From NCBI GenBank assembly GCA_051002235.1, contig JBPCMN010000042.1, positions 2,903 to 66,902 of the forward strand: a stretch of DNA of 64,000 nt, given 5' to 3'. Under the pieces are notes generated by a model. That model saw only the letters and a program-made list of their open reading frames with translations. It was not told the DNA's origin and did not search any database. The position numbers were made by a program, and so were the translations under genes. The DNA comes from Acidimicrobiia bacterium. GTDB lineage: Bacteria > Actinomycetota > Acidimicrobiia > IMCC26256 > JACDBD01. This document shows positions 28,519-37,450 of the stretch, piece after piece; position 1 is the first letter of the stretch, and every line of letters starts with the position of its first letter.

Positions 28519-29186
28519 GCGAAGGGCCCATGCCCCCCGACCGTCCGACGGACGACCCTCCCAACGACGACGACGCGCGCGACGAGCGCCTGGCGGCGCT
28601 GCTCGAGGTCCCGCCGCTCGACGACCTCACTCGCCGGCGGTTGGTGCGCCGCGCCCTCGACGAGCCCGGCGCGGTTGTTGGGGACATGGCCGCGCGCCGC
28701 CGGCAGCTGGTGGGCGCGCTCGGCGTCGCGGCTGCGGCCGTCGTCGTCGTAGTCGCGGGCGCGGTGGTGCTGCGCGCCGGCGACGACAGCGGCGACACGA
28801 CCGCGGCCCGATCCGCGGACGAGGAGCCTGCCGAGAACGGTGGCGCGAACGAGGCGGCAGCCGCGCCAGGCGCATTCGCCGACCTCGGCGAGGTGTCGGA
28901 TCCCGCGGTCCTCCGCGAGCAGTTGGGCGCGCTGGCCGCGGCGCCCGAACCGCGGGGCGAATCCGAGGGCGACACCCAGGAGCGGGCTGCCGGCGGCGCC
29001 GCGGTGCCGGCCGGGTGCCTGACCGTGCTCGAGCAGGCGGGGGCAGGGTCGCCCACCCTCGTCGCCGGTGGGACCTACCAGGGCGCGCCCGCGCTCGTGC
29101 TCGTGGCGCCGAAGGGCGGGATCGACCTGGCGTTCGTGCTGGACGCGTCCACTTGTGAGCTGCGGTCCAAAGTCCCGCTCGTGTGA
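28515..29186 (+). CDS. putative anti-sigma factor (single TM)
   Basis: ATGA overlap with the sigma gene. Cytoplasmic N-terminus, TM LVGALGVAAAAVVVVVAGAVVL, extracytoplasmic C-terminus. Call rests on position and topology only. Confidence 0.5.
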   Translation: MSEGPMPPDRPTDDPPNDDDARDERLAALLEVPPLDDLTRRRLVRRALDEPGAVVGDMAARRRQLVGALGVAAAAVVVVVAGAVVLRAGDDSGDTTAARSADEEPAENGGANEAAAAPGAFADLGEVSDPAVLREQLGALAAAPEPRGESEGDTQERAAGGAAVPAGCLTVLEQAGAGSPTLVAGGTYQGAPALVLVAPKGGIDLAFVLDASTCELRSKVPLV

Positions 29187-29219
29187 CGGTTCGGCCGCCG
29201 CGGGTACGCTCCCTCGGTC

Positions 29220-29519
29220 ATGAATGGCGAGCGGGACTGGACGGTCGACGCGGTCGACCGCATCGAAGAGGTCGTGGCCACGGTCCGGGACAAGACCGTG
29301 GTCCCGGCCCAGAACGTCACCAAGGCGGTCGTCTACGGGTTGCTCACCGCCTTCTTCATCGCCACCGCGGGGACGTTGTTCAGCATCGCCGTGTTCCGGG
29401 CCCTCGAGTCGTACCTCCCGGGCGAGGTGTACTGGGCCTACCTGGTGCTGGGCGGAATCTTCGTGCTCGCCGGTGCGTTCTGCTGGGCACGGCGCTTCGC
29501 GAAGCCCAAGGCGGGCTGA
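29220..29519 (+). CDS. small membrane protein (2 TM)
   Basis: 99 aa with helices AVVYGLLTAFFIATAGTLFSIAVF and WAYLVLGGIFVLAGAFCW. Confidence 0.5.
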   Translation: MNGERDWTVDAVDRIEEVVATVRDKTVVPAQNVTKAVVYGLLTAFFIATAGTLFSIAVFRALESYLPGEVYWAYLVLGGIFVLAGAFCWARRFAKPKAG

Positions 29520-29537
29520 GCGAGCCCGAGGAGCACC

Positions 29538-30494
29538 ATGCCCGAGGAACGCGAGCTCGTCATCGTCGGGTCCGGTCCCGCCGGCCTCACCGCCGCCCTC
29601 TACGCGGCCCGGGCCAACCTCGAGCCGGTGGTCATCGAGGGCCTCGAGGCCGGCGGCCAGCTGATGCTCACGTCCGACGTCGAGAACTACCCCGGGTTCC
29701 CCGACGGGATCCTCGGCCCCGAGCTCATGACCAAGTTCCGGGAGCAGGCGGGCCGCTTCGGCGCCGAGTTCGTGACCGCCGACGCCGACCGGGTCGACCT
29801 CTCCTCGTCGCTCTTCGGCGCCTGGGTGGGGGAGACCGAGTACCGGTCGCATGCCCTCATCGTGGCCACCGGCGCGTCGGCGCGAATGCTCGGCCTGGAG
29901 TCGGAGAGCGCGCTGCTGGGTCACGGTGTCTCGACCTGCGCGACGTGTGACGGGTTCTTCTTCCGGGAGAAGCCGATCGCGGTGGTCGGCGGCGGCGACT
30001 CCGCGGTCGAGGAGGCCATCTTCCTGACCAAGTTCGCGACCAAGGTGACGATCGTCCACCGGCGGGACGAGCTGCGGGCATCGAAGATCATGCAGGAGCG
30101 CGCGTTCGCGAACTCGAAGATCGAATTCCGCTGGAACTCCGTGGTCGAGGAGGTTGTCGGCAACGGGCGCGTCGACTCGCTGAAGCTGCGCGACACGGTC
30201 ACCGACGCGCCGTCGGAAATGGCGGTGCAAGGGCTGTTCGTGGCCATCGGCCACGACCCCAATACCAAGTTGTTCGAGGGTCAGCTCGAGATGGACGAGA
30301 ACGGCTACCTCTCGCTCCCGCATGCCGGCTCGACCCGGACGTCGATCGAGGGCGTCTTCGCCGGCGGCGACGTCGCCGACGCCGTGTTCCGTCAGGCGAT
30401 CACCGCCGCCGGCACCGGCTGCATGGCCGCGATGGAAGCGGAACGCTGGTTGGAGGCCAAGAAGCACGCCGAAGCAACCGCCGCCGCCACCTGA
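29538..30494 (+). CDS. trxB: thioredoxin-disulfide reductase
   Basis: [15 protein letters not shown], redox [21 protein letters not shown] site. Confidence 0.95.
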   Translation: MPEERELVIVGSGPAGLTAALYAARANLEPVVIEGLEAGGQLMLTSDVENYPGFPDGILGPELMTKFREQAGRFGAEFVTADADRVDLSSSLFGAWVGETEYRSHALIVATGASARMLGLESESALLGHGVSTCATCDGFFFREKPIAVVGGGDSAVEEAIFLTKFATKVTIVHRRDELRASKIMQERAFANSKIEFRWNSVVEEVVGNGRVDSLKLRDTVTDAPSEMAVQGLFVAIGHDPNTKLFEGQLEMDENGYLSLPHAGSTRTSIEGVFAGGDVADAVFRQAITAAGTGCMAAMEAERWLEAKKHAEATAAAT

Positions 30495-30517
30495 ATCGGA
30501 CATGGGCTGACCGGAAT

Positions 30518-30543
30518 GGTCCAACCCGGGTCGGGGTTGGACC
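30518..30543 (+). other. stem-loop in trxB-trxA spacer
   Basis: Perfect 10-bp stem GGTCCAACCC / GGGTTGGACC with a 6-nt loop. Sits 24 nt after the trxB stop and 50 nt before the trxA GTG. Confidence 0.4.
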
Positions 30544-30592
30544 CATCGGTACACTCATCCCGCCCAACCGGGCCGCCCCGAAAGGAACCCCT

Positions 30593-30922
30593 GTGGGAGA
30601 CGACCTCATCACCGTGACCGACGCCACCTTCGACGAGTCCGTCGGCGGCGCCGACACGCCGGTCCTGGTCGACTTCTGGGCGGAGTGGTGCGGCCCGTGC
30701 AAGATGATCGCCCCCGTCCTCGAGGAGATCGCGTCCGACCACAAGGGCCAGATCGCGATCGCCAAGCTCAACGTCGACGAGAACCCCGAGACCGCGCGCC
30801 GCTTCGACGTGATGAGCATCCCGACGCTGATGGTCTTCAAAGGCGGGGAGCCGGTGAAGCGCCTCGTCGGGGCCAAGGGCAAGGGACAGCTCCTGCAGGA
30901 CCTGGCCGAGTTCATCGGTTGA
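30593..30922 (+). CDS. trxA: thioredoxin
   Basis: WAEWCGPCK active site. 109 aa. SD GAAAGGAA. Confidence 0.95.
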   Translation: MGDDLITVTDATFDESVGGADTPVLVDFWAEWCGPCKMIAPVLEEIASDHKGQIAIAKLNVDENPETARRFDVMSIPTLMVFKGGEPVKRLVGAKGKGQLLQDLAEFIG

Positions 30923-30941
30923 CCGGGCCGCCGGGCTCCCG

Positions 30942-31937
30942 GTGATCGTCCCGGTCGAGCTCCGGCGCGGCCATCGCGGCGAGGCCGTCCGGGACCTCCA
31001 GCTCCGCCTCCAGGCGTTGGGCTTCGACGTCTCCGCCGACGAGCTCGGGCGATTCGACGACTCGACCGACACCGCCGTTCGGGCGTTCCAGGCGAGCAAG
31101 GGGCTCGTCGTCGACGGCGTCGGCGACAGCGAGACCTGGGGCGCGCTGGTCGAGAGTGGGTTCGCGCTCGGCGACCGCATGCTCTACGCCCGCCGGCCCA
31201 TGCTGCGGGGCGACGACGTCGCCGACCTCCAGCGCCGCCTGAACGCGCTCGGCTTCGACGCCGGGCGCGAGGACGGGATCCTCGGCGACCAGACCGCGAC
31301 CGCCCTGTCGGAGTTCCAGCGCAACGCCGGCCTCGCGACCGACGGGATCTGCGGGCCGGCCACGGTCGCCGGGCTCACCCGGCTGGGCGCCCTCGCCGCC
31401 GGCTCGGTGGCCAGCGTGCGCGAGCGGGAGGCGCTCCGGCGGGGCCCCCACCGGCTCGGCGAGCGCCGCGTCTACGTGCTGGCCGCTCCCGGCCTCGAGG
31501 CGCTCGGCGATGCCGTGACCCGCGGCCTGCTCGGCGCCGGGGCCGACGCAGTGCTCGACACCACCGGTGGCGACGACTCGGCCGTGGCCGCGGCGGCCAA
31601 CCGGTTCGAGGCCGACCTCTTCCTCGGCCTCCGCCCCGGCGCCGACGCCGAGTGCCGGTGCACGTTCTTCGCCGCCGGCAGCTTCCGCTCCGAGGCCGGC
31701 TTCCGGGTGGCCACCGCCGTGCAGGAAGAGCTGGCCGGCCTGCTCCCGGGCGCCGACGCCGCCGGCCGGGCCTACGGGCTCCTGCGCGAGACCCGCATGG
31801 CCGCGGTCGTGTGCGAGCTCGTGGAACGGGGCGACGTCGCCGCGATGCGGCGCTTCGTCACCCGGGCCGGCGACGTCGGACGGGCGATCGTGGACGGAGT
31901 GCGTCGGGGCGTCGAGCGCCCGCCCGACGACGAGTAG
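30942..31937 (+). CDS. cwlM: CwlM-like protein: two PG-binding-1 repeats plus degenerate amidase_3 domain, no signal peptide
   Basis: Two repeats (GEAVRDLQLRLQALGF...DGVGDSETWGAL and GDDVADLQRRLNALGF...DGICGPATVAGL). C-terminal amidase_3-like fold ends ...LLRETRMAAVVCELV. Synteny after trxB-trxC. Confidence 0.7.
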   Translation: MIVPVELRRGHRGEAVRDLQLRLQALGFDVSADELGRFDDSTDTAVRAFQASKGLVVDGVGDSETWGALVESGFALGDRMLYARRPMLRGDDVADLQRRLNALGFDAGREDGILGDQTATALSEFQRNAGLATDGICGPATVAGLTRLGALAAGSVASVREREALRRGPHRLGERRVYVLAAPGLEALGDAVTRGLLGAGADAVLDTTGGDDSAVAAAANRFEADLFLGLRPGADAECRCTFFAAGSFRSEAGFRVATAVQEELAGLLPGADAAGRAYGLLRETRMAAVVCELVERGDVAAMRRFVTRAGDVGRAIVDGVRRGVERPPDDE

Positions 31938-31967
31938 CCGGCCGGCGGCCAGCAGACTCGAAAAGAC

Positions 31968-32870
31968 TCAGCCCGTCATGCGGCGGTAGATCCGCTCGAG
32001 GTCCCCGAGGTCGGAGAACTCGATGGTGACCTTCCCCCGCTTGGCGCCCATGGTGACGCGCACCCGGGTCTCGAGGTGCTCGCCGAGGAGCTCCTCCAAC
32101 TCGAGCAGGCCCGGCGGCCGCAGCCGGCCGCCCTTGCTCCTCTTCGAGGGCCCGTTGCCGTTGGTGCCGGTCTCGCTGTGCCCGCGGACGACGTCTTCCA
32201 CCTCGCGCACCGAGAGGCGATCGTCGACCGCGCGCCGGGCGAGCTCCTCCTGGAAGGCGCGGTCGGGCGTGCCCAACAGCGCCCGGGCGTGGCCGGCCTC
32301 GATCTTGCCCTCGCGCAGGAGGCGCTGGATCCCCGGCGGCAGCTGGAGCAGTCGCAGCATGTTGGTGACGGTCGCCCGGCTGCGGCCCACTCGTGACGCG
32401 ACGCGCTCGTGGGTGAAGCCGAAGTCCTCGATGAGCTGCTGGTAGGCGGCCGCCTCCTCGAGCGCGTTGAGATCGTCGCGGTGGAGGTTCTCGACCAGCG
32501 CCTGCTCCAACGCCGACGAGTCGTCGCTGGTGCGCACGAGCGCGGGGATCATCTGGAGCCCGGCGCGCCGGGCAGCGCGCCAGCGGCGCTCGCCCGCGAT
32601 CAGCTCGTAGCTGCCCTCGCCGTCGGCGCGCACCAGCACCGGCTGGAGCAAACCGACCTCGCGGATCGAGTCGGCGAGCTCGCCGAGCGCGGACTCGTCG
32701 AAGTGGCGGCGGGGCTGGAACTTGTTCGGCCGGATCGACGCGATCGGCAGTTCCTGGAGACCGCCGGCGGCCGCGGCGGCGGTACCCGCCTCGGCCCCAC
32801 CGGGCGGGATGAGCGCGCCGAGGCCCTTACCGAGACCGCCGCGTCGCGCCACGACTGACCTCCTCGGCAA
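31968..32870 (-). CDS. parB: chromosome partitioning protein ParB
   Basis: GGLGKGLGALI N-terminal box, ParB box LLQPVLVR, HTH region. Start is TTG 32870 or GTG 32852. Overlaps the parA 3' end. Confidence 0.9.
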   Translation of the reverse strand: MPRRSVVARRGGLGKGLGALIPPGGAEAGTAAAAAGGLQELPIASIRPNKFQPRRHFDESALGELADSIREVGLLQPVLVRADGEGSYELIAGERRWRAARRAGLQMIPALVRTSDDSSALEQALVENLHRDDLNALEEAAAYQQLIEDFGFTHERVASRVGRSRATVTNMLRLLQLPPGIQRLLREGKIEAGHARALLGTPDRAFQEELARRAVDDRLSVREVEDVVRGHSETGTNGNGPSKRSKGGRLRPPGLLELEELLGEHLETRVRVTMGAKRGKVTIEFSDLGDLERIYRRMTG

Positions 32871-33873
32871 GCGCGCGGTAGGCCTTGGCCCCTCGCGACG
32901 TCGGATCGAACACGATGATCGGCTGCCCGAACGACGGCGCCTCCGACAGCCGCACCGTGCGGGGCACGACCGTCTCGTAGACCTTGGGCCCGAAGTGCGA
33001 CCGCACCTCGGCCGCGACCTGGTCGGCGAGCTTGGTGCGGGCGTCGTACATGGTCAGCACGATGCCCCGGACGTCGAGCGTCGGGTTCAGATTGCCTCGC
33101 ACCATCCCGACGTTCCGCAGCAGCTGACCCAGGCCCTCGAGCGCGTAGTACTCGCACTGGATCGGGACGATCACGTCGTCGGCGGCCGCGAGCCCGTTCA
33201 CCGTCAGCAAACCGAGCGACGGAGGACAGTCGATGAGCACGATGTCGTAGTCGTCGCGGACGTCATTGATGGCCTTGCGCAGCTTCAGCTCGCGACTCAT
33301 CACGGGAACGAGCTCGATCTCGGCGCCGGCGAGTTCGATGGTCGCGGGCGCGACGAAGAGGTTCTTGAGGCTCGTCGGCTCGATGCAGTCGTCGAGGCCG
33401 ACGTCGTTCATGACCACGTCGTAGACCGAGGTGTCGAGGTCGCGCGGGTTGACGCCCAACCCGGTGCTGGCGTTGCCCTGAGGGTCGAGGTCGACCACGA
33501 GGACGCGGAAGCCGGCCTCGGCCAGCGCCGAACCGAGGTTCACCGCCGTCGTCGTCTTGCCCACGCCGCCCTTCTGATTGGCGATGGCCAGGACCCGCGG
33601 GAGCTCGAGCGGGCCGGGGTCCTCATGGGCGCGCTCGAGGATCTGTCGGGTGGGAGCGTCGGCCGCCTCGAGCGGCGGGGACTCGAACTGGGGGACCCCC
33701 CGGCGCTGGTCCGCTGAGTCCGAGGCCTCGACCTCGACTCCCGGTTGAGGGTTGGCCTGGCCCGAGCCCGCGTCCGCGCCGTTGCCCTCGGAAGCCTCGT
33801 TCGAGTCGCGCCGACGGAGGGACGCGAGCGCTCGCCGTCCCCGCCGTCTCAGGTCGTTGTCGGCGCGTGCCAT
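32827..33873 (-). CDS. parA: chromosome partitioning ATPase ParA/Soj (N-terminally extended)
   Basis: Deviant Walker A IANQKGGVGKTTTAVNLG. About 95-aa N-terminal extension. Exact start uncertain. Confidence 0.9.
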   Translation of the reverse strand: MARADNDLRRRGRRALASLRRRDSNEASEGNGADAGSGQANPQPGVEVEASDSADQRRGVPQFESPPLEAADAPTRQILERAHEDPGPLELPRVLAIANQKGGVGKTTTAVNLGSALAEAGFRVLVVDLDPQGNASTGLGVNPRDLDTSVYDVVMNDVGLDDCIEPTSLKNLFVAPATIELAGAEIELVPVMSRELKLRKAINDVRDDYDIVLIDCPPSLGLLTVNGLAAADDVIVPIQCEYYALEGLGQLLRNVGMVRGNLNPTLDVRGIVLTMYDARTKLADQVAAEVRSHFGPKVYETVVPRTVRLSEAPSFGQPIIVFDPTSRGAKAYRALAEEVSRGATRRSR

Positions 33874-33989
33874 CCGGCTGATCCGGTCCCCTCGCTCGCG
33901 ACGGTCCTATGTTCGTCTACTGGCGCTCCGGCGTCAAGTAGGGGTTCTGACGGTAGGCTGTGACTGAGGGTGACTGATAGAGGACTGGA

Positions 33990-34003
33990 GTTCAACGTGG
34001 AAC
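33990..34003. other. parS-like near-palindrome
   Basis: GTTCAACGTGGAAC against the parS core GTTTCACGTGAAAC gives 11/14. Located in the rsmG-parA spacer. Confidence 0.3.
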
Positions 34004-34034
34004 GGTGCTGCCGCCGGGCGGGGACCGGCGGCGA

Positions 34035-34050
34035 TGTTTCACGGTGAACA
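34035..34050. other. parS-like site (perfect left half)
   Basis: TGTTTCACGGTGAACA against TGTTTCACGTGAAACA gives 13/16. Left half is perfect and the right half is shifted. Directly after the rsmG stop. Confidence 0.35.
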
Positions 34051-34052
34051 CC

Positions 34053-34661
34053 TCACCAGAGGGGGCGTTTGGCCGGGATACCGGTCCGGCGGGGCCAGGT
34101 GTCGGCGGGCGGCTCCGCCAGCTCCAGGACGGCGATCGTGGCTCCGGCCGTGCGGCGGATGGTCGGACTGGACATCCCGAGGTCAGCCAGCCCAGCGGGG
34201 TCCCATCGTTCTCCCTGCGACGCGGGCGGCTCGCTCGCGACCAGCCTGCCGCCCGGGTGCAAGAAGCCCACCGCGCATTCGGCCGTGACCGCCGCGGAGC
34301 CGAACGAGCGGGCGACGACCAGCCCGAAGGCTCCCCGCATCTCCGGCTGCCGGGCGAGTTCCTCCGCTCGGCCAGCGACCACGTCGACGCGGTCCCCCAG
34401 GGCCAGCTGCGCGACCGCCTGCTCCAGGAAGGCCTGCGCCCGCCGGTGGGAGTCCAGGAGGGTGGCTCGAGCGTCGGCCCAGTCGAGCGCCAGCACCAGG
34501 CCGGGGATTCCACCGCCCGAGCCCAGGTCCAAGAACGATTCCGGCGCGGGCCCGATCATCTCGCCGAGGGCGCGCGAGTGTCGGACCTGCTCCTCGACGG
34601 GGCCGGGGCCGAGGAGACCGCGCGTCCGTGCCTCCTCGAGGACGTCGCGGAGGCTCGTCAC
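34053..34661 (-). CDS. rsmG: 16S rRNA (guanine527-N7)-methyltransferase
   Basis: FLDLGSGGGIPGLVLAL SAM motif. GidB family size and position. Confidence 0.9.
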   Translation of the reverse strand: MTSLRDVLEEARTRGLLGPGPVEEQVRHSRALGEMIGPAPESFLDLGSGGGIPGLVLALDWADARATLLDSHRRAQAFLEQAVAQLALGDRVDVVAGRAEELARQPEMRGAFGLVVARSFGSAAVTAECAVGFLHPGGRLVASEPPASQGERWDPAGLADLGMSSPTIRRTAGATIAVLELAEPPADTWPRRTGIPAKRPLW

Positions 34662-35552
34662 CTACGCCGGCCGGATGACGACCCGGCGGCGGGGCTCCTC
34701 GCCCTCGGAGCCAGTGGTGACCCCGTCCATCTCGGCGACGGCGTCGTGGGCGACCTTGCGATCGGAGGCCGACATCGGCTCGAGCGCCTGCTCCTGCCCG
34801 CTCTCGAGGACCTTCTGGGCGAGCTCCCGGGTGAACTCCGAGAGGGCCTGGCGGCGCTTGGCGCGGTAGCCACCCACGTCGACGTTGATCCGGGCGCCAT
34901 GCCCGCCGGTGTGGCGTTGGACGACCGTGCGGACGAGCTCCTCTATGGCACTCAGCGTGGCGCCCCGGGGCCCTACCAGCAGCCCGAGATTGTCGCCGGC
35001 CACGTCCACGAGGATGAACTCGTCGTCCTCGATCCGCGCCTCCACCTGGGCACTGGCCCCGAATGCCTCGAGCAGTCCCCTCGTGAAGCCCGCAGCCGTC
35101 TCGGCCTGCTCTTCGATCGGGATGTCCGACTCCTCCACCGTCGCTCCCTCGTCCGTGGCGACACCGGTCGCCCGCTCCTCCGCCGGTCGCCGTGGCCGGC
35201 GCCGACGCTGTCTCGACCCACTCGAACGGCGGCCGCCGCCACCTCCCGACGTAGCGGGGGCATCGCCCCCGTCCCCGTCACCGCGGCCCCGACCCCGGTC
35301 GCGTCCTCCGCCTCGCCCCGGGGCCTGCCGGGGACGACGCTCCCGCCGGCGCCGATCCCCGGGCTTCTCCCGCGAGATCGGCTTGACCCGGGCCCGGATC
35401 CGGGCCTCCCGGCCCCCGAGCCGGCCGAGCAGCCCGCTCTTGGGCTCGTCCACGACCTGGTACTCGAGGTCCTCCTCGGCTACCCCCAGCTCATCCAGCG
35501 CGGCTTCAACCGCTTCCTCGAGCGTCCGGCCCGTCGTCTCGACCCATTCCAT
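34662..35552 (-). CDS. jag: Jag/KhpB-type RNA-binding protein (Jag_N, KH, R3H)
   Basis: MEWVETTGRTLEEAVEAALDELG is Jag_N. Arg-rich linker, then C-terminal KH/R3H (LEPMSASDRKVAHDAV). Confidence 0.85.
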   Translation of the reverse strand: MEWVETTGRTLEEAVEAALDELGVAEEDLEYQVVDEPKSGLLGRLGGREARIRARVKPISREKPGDRRRRERRPRQAPGRGGGRDRGRGRGDGDGGDAPATSGGGGGRRSSGSRQRRRRPRRPAEERATGVATDEGATVEESDIPIEEQAETAAGFTRGLLEAFGASAQVEARIEDDEFILVDVAGDNLGLLVGPRGATLSAIEELVRTVVQRHTGGHGARINVDVGGYRAKRRQALSEFTRELAQKVLESGQEQALEPMSASDRKVAHDAVAEMDGVTTGSEGEEPRRRVVIRPA

Positions 35553-36653
35553 CTACCGCTTCCGCTTCTTGTTGCGCTTCCGCCGAGCCTGGTTGGAGCG
35601 GGTGCCCCCGCCCCCGCCCGACGGCCTCCCGGCCGAGGACGCCGGCGCCGGCTTCGCCTGCTTGGCGGCCGGGGCCGGGCGGGCGGGACCCGGCTCGCCG
35701 TTCGGTGCCGCGGGCAGACCGAAGAGCCCCCGCAATCGCCCGCCCCCTGAAGACGCGGGCGTTCGCGCCGGGGCAGGTGGTTCCGCCGCCGCCGGCTCTT
35801 CGGGTGTCACCACGGCGGGAGCCTCGGCCGCGGGCCTCGACTCCACGTCGATGGCCTGCGCCGGCGGCTTGGCCCCACCGCTCTTCTTCGCCGCCTGCTG
35901 CTCGCGGTGGGGCAGGTGGATCTTGCGGAAGATGACCTCCTGCTGGCCCAGGCGCCAGACGTTGCTGACCAGGAAGTACACGCACAAGCCGGCTGGGAAA
36001 TTCAGGGAGATGACGCCGAAGACGATGGGCAGCACCCTCCCGATCATCTGCATCTGGGCGTTGGCTCCGCCCTTGGGCGTCGTCCGTTGGGTCTGACGCG
36101 ACTGGAACAGGCCGGTCAGGACGATCAGGGCAACCAGCACGAAGTAGGGCGCGACGGTGAAGAACCCGCCCTCGGCGTTCAGCGGCGTGACCGAGAGGTC
36201 CATGCCGAGGAACTCGAGGTGCCGGGGGAAGCCGTCGGCGGCCCCACACTCCTTGACCGTCTCGTGCCGGCCACAGAGGTCTCGGAACAGGTCGGAGCTT
36301 TCGGGAATGTTCTTGTAGGTGCTGCGCAGCACGGAGAAGAGCGAGATGAAGACCGGGAACTGCGCCAGCAGCGGCAGGCAGCCCCCGAGCGGGTTGACCT
36401 TGTTCTCCTGGAACAGCTTCTGCTGCTCCTCGACCATCTTCTGTCGGTCGCCCTTGTGCTTGGCCTGGATCTTCTTGAGCTCGGGCTGGACCTCCTGCAT
36501 CGCCAGCATCGAGCGGGCCTGCTTGGCGGTGAGCGGGAACAGCAGCAGCATCACCGTGGCCGTGAGCAGGATGATCGCCACGCCCAGGTTCGGCACCACC
36601 CCGTAGAAGAACGCCAGCAGCCAACCGATCAGGTCGTACAGCGGGTCGAGCAT
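35553..36653 (-). CDS. yidC: membrane protein insertase YidC
   Basis: YidC/Oxa1 core (AIILLTATVMLLLFPLTAKQ...NPLGGCLPLLAQFPVFISLF) with a basic C-terminal tail. Confidence 0.9.
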   Translation of the reverse strand: MLDPLYDLIGWLLAFFYGVVPNLGVAIILLTATVMLLLFPLTAKQARSMLAMQEVQPELKKIQAKHKGDRQKMVEEQQKLFQENKVNPLGGCLPLLAQFPVFISLFSVLRSTYKNIPESSDLFRDLCGRHETVKECGAADGFPRHLEFLGMDLSVTPLNAEGGFFTVAPYFVLVALIVLTGLFQSRQTQRTTPKGGANAQMQMIGRVLPIVFGVISLNFPAGLCVYFLVSNVWRLGQQEVIFRKIHLPHREQQAAKKSGGAKPPAQAIDVESRPAAEAPAVVTPEEPAAAEPPAPARTPASSGGGRLRGLFGLPAAPNGEPGPARPAPAAKQAKPAPASSAGRPSGGGGGTRSNQARRKRNKKRKR

Positions 36654-36654
36654 C

Positions 36655-36924
36655 TCAGCCTGCTCCCAATCTCGAGGGCGGCGTCAGCGAACGTATGTTC
36701 GCCTCGGGAACGGGGTCGGGCCCGTACCCGCCCCACGGATGGCAGCGCCCGATCCGCCGCGCCGCCAGCCACGAGCCTCGCCGAGCGCCGTGGCGCTCCA
36801 GCGCTTCGAGGGCGTACTGCGAGCACGAGGGCTCGTACCGACAGCGCGGCGCGAGGTTCGCGCTCACCAGGCGCCAGCCCCGGATCGGGACCATCAGCAG
36901 GCGGGCCGGCCGCGTCGCCCTCAC
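36655..36924 (-). CDS. yidD: membrane protein insertion efficiency factor YidD
   Basis: [15 protein letters not shown]...[16 protein letters not shown] overlap with the rnpA stop. Confidence 0.9.
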   Translation of the reverse strand: MRATRPARLLMVPIRGWRLVSANLAPRCRYEPSCSQYALEALERHGARRGSWLAARRIGRCHPWGGYGPDPVPEANIRSLTPPSRLGAG

Positions 36925-37385
36925 GTGCCCTCCTCCCGAACCGACCGGATCAGGCCACCGACGGCGTCGCGCAGTGATGCGAACGACACCGTTGCCGCCT
37001 CCCGCCCCCCGCCGAAGAGATAGGCGCCGCCCACCAGCTCGTCCCGGTGGGCGGCCACCGCGGCCCGCAGCCGGCGCCGGACCCGGTTGCGGATCACGGC
37101 GTTCCCGCTCGAGTGGGCGGTCGCGACGGCGAGGCGGGGAGGCGAGGCCGGGTCGCCGGGAACGAAGCGCAGCGTGACGACGCCCCCGGAGCGGCGGCGC
37201 GCTCGGGCGAGGGCGTCGAAGGTTGCACGGTCGCGGACGGACCGGATCAGGCCGACAGCCGGGCGCGGCCCCGTCGGCGCCGGGACTTGATGACGGCCCG
37301 ACCGCCGCGCGTCCGCATGCGGGTGCGGAAACCGTGGGTCTTCTTGCGCTTGCGGTTGTTGGGTTGGAACGGGCGCTTCACGCAT
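36921..37385 (-). CDS. rnpA: ribonuclease P protein component (maximal ORF; conserved core 36921..37250)
   Basis: Core [14 protein letters not shown]...[17 protein letters not shown] (RNR motif). No ATG/GTG/TTG in frame between the core and ATG 37385, so the canonical ORF overlaps all of rpmH out of frame. The alternative start is CTG 37250. Confidence 0.7.
   Translation of the reverse strand: MREAPVPTQQPQAQEDPRFPHPHADARRSGRHQVPAPTGPRPAVGLIRSVRDRATFDALARARRRSGGVVTLRFVPGDPASPPRLAVATAHSSGNAVIRNRVRRRLRAAVAAHRDELVGGAYLFGGGREAATVSFASLRDAVGGLIRSVREEGT
37247..37381 (-). CDS. rpmH: 50S ribosomal protein L34
   Basis: Not in ORF track (44 aa). GTG 37381 to TGA 37247 encodes [53 protein letters not shown] lies 6 nt upstream. 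Confidence 0.9.
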   Translation of the reverse strand: MKRPFQPNNRKRKKTHGFRTRMRTRGGRAVIKSRRRRGRARLSA

Positions 37386-37450
37386 GGCCTCCTCGCGGCG
37401 CCGGTCCGTGGTGACCCGAGGTGGGGGTCTCAGCGGTTGCGGACCGGAAC

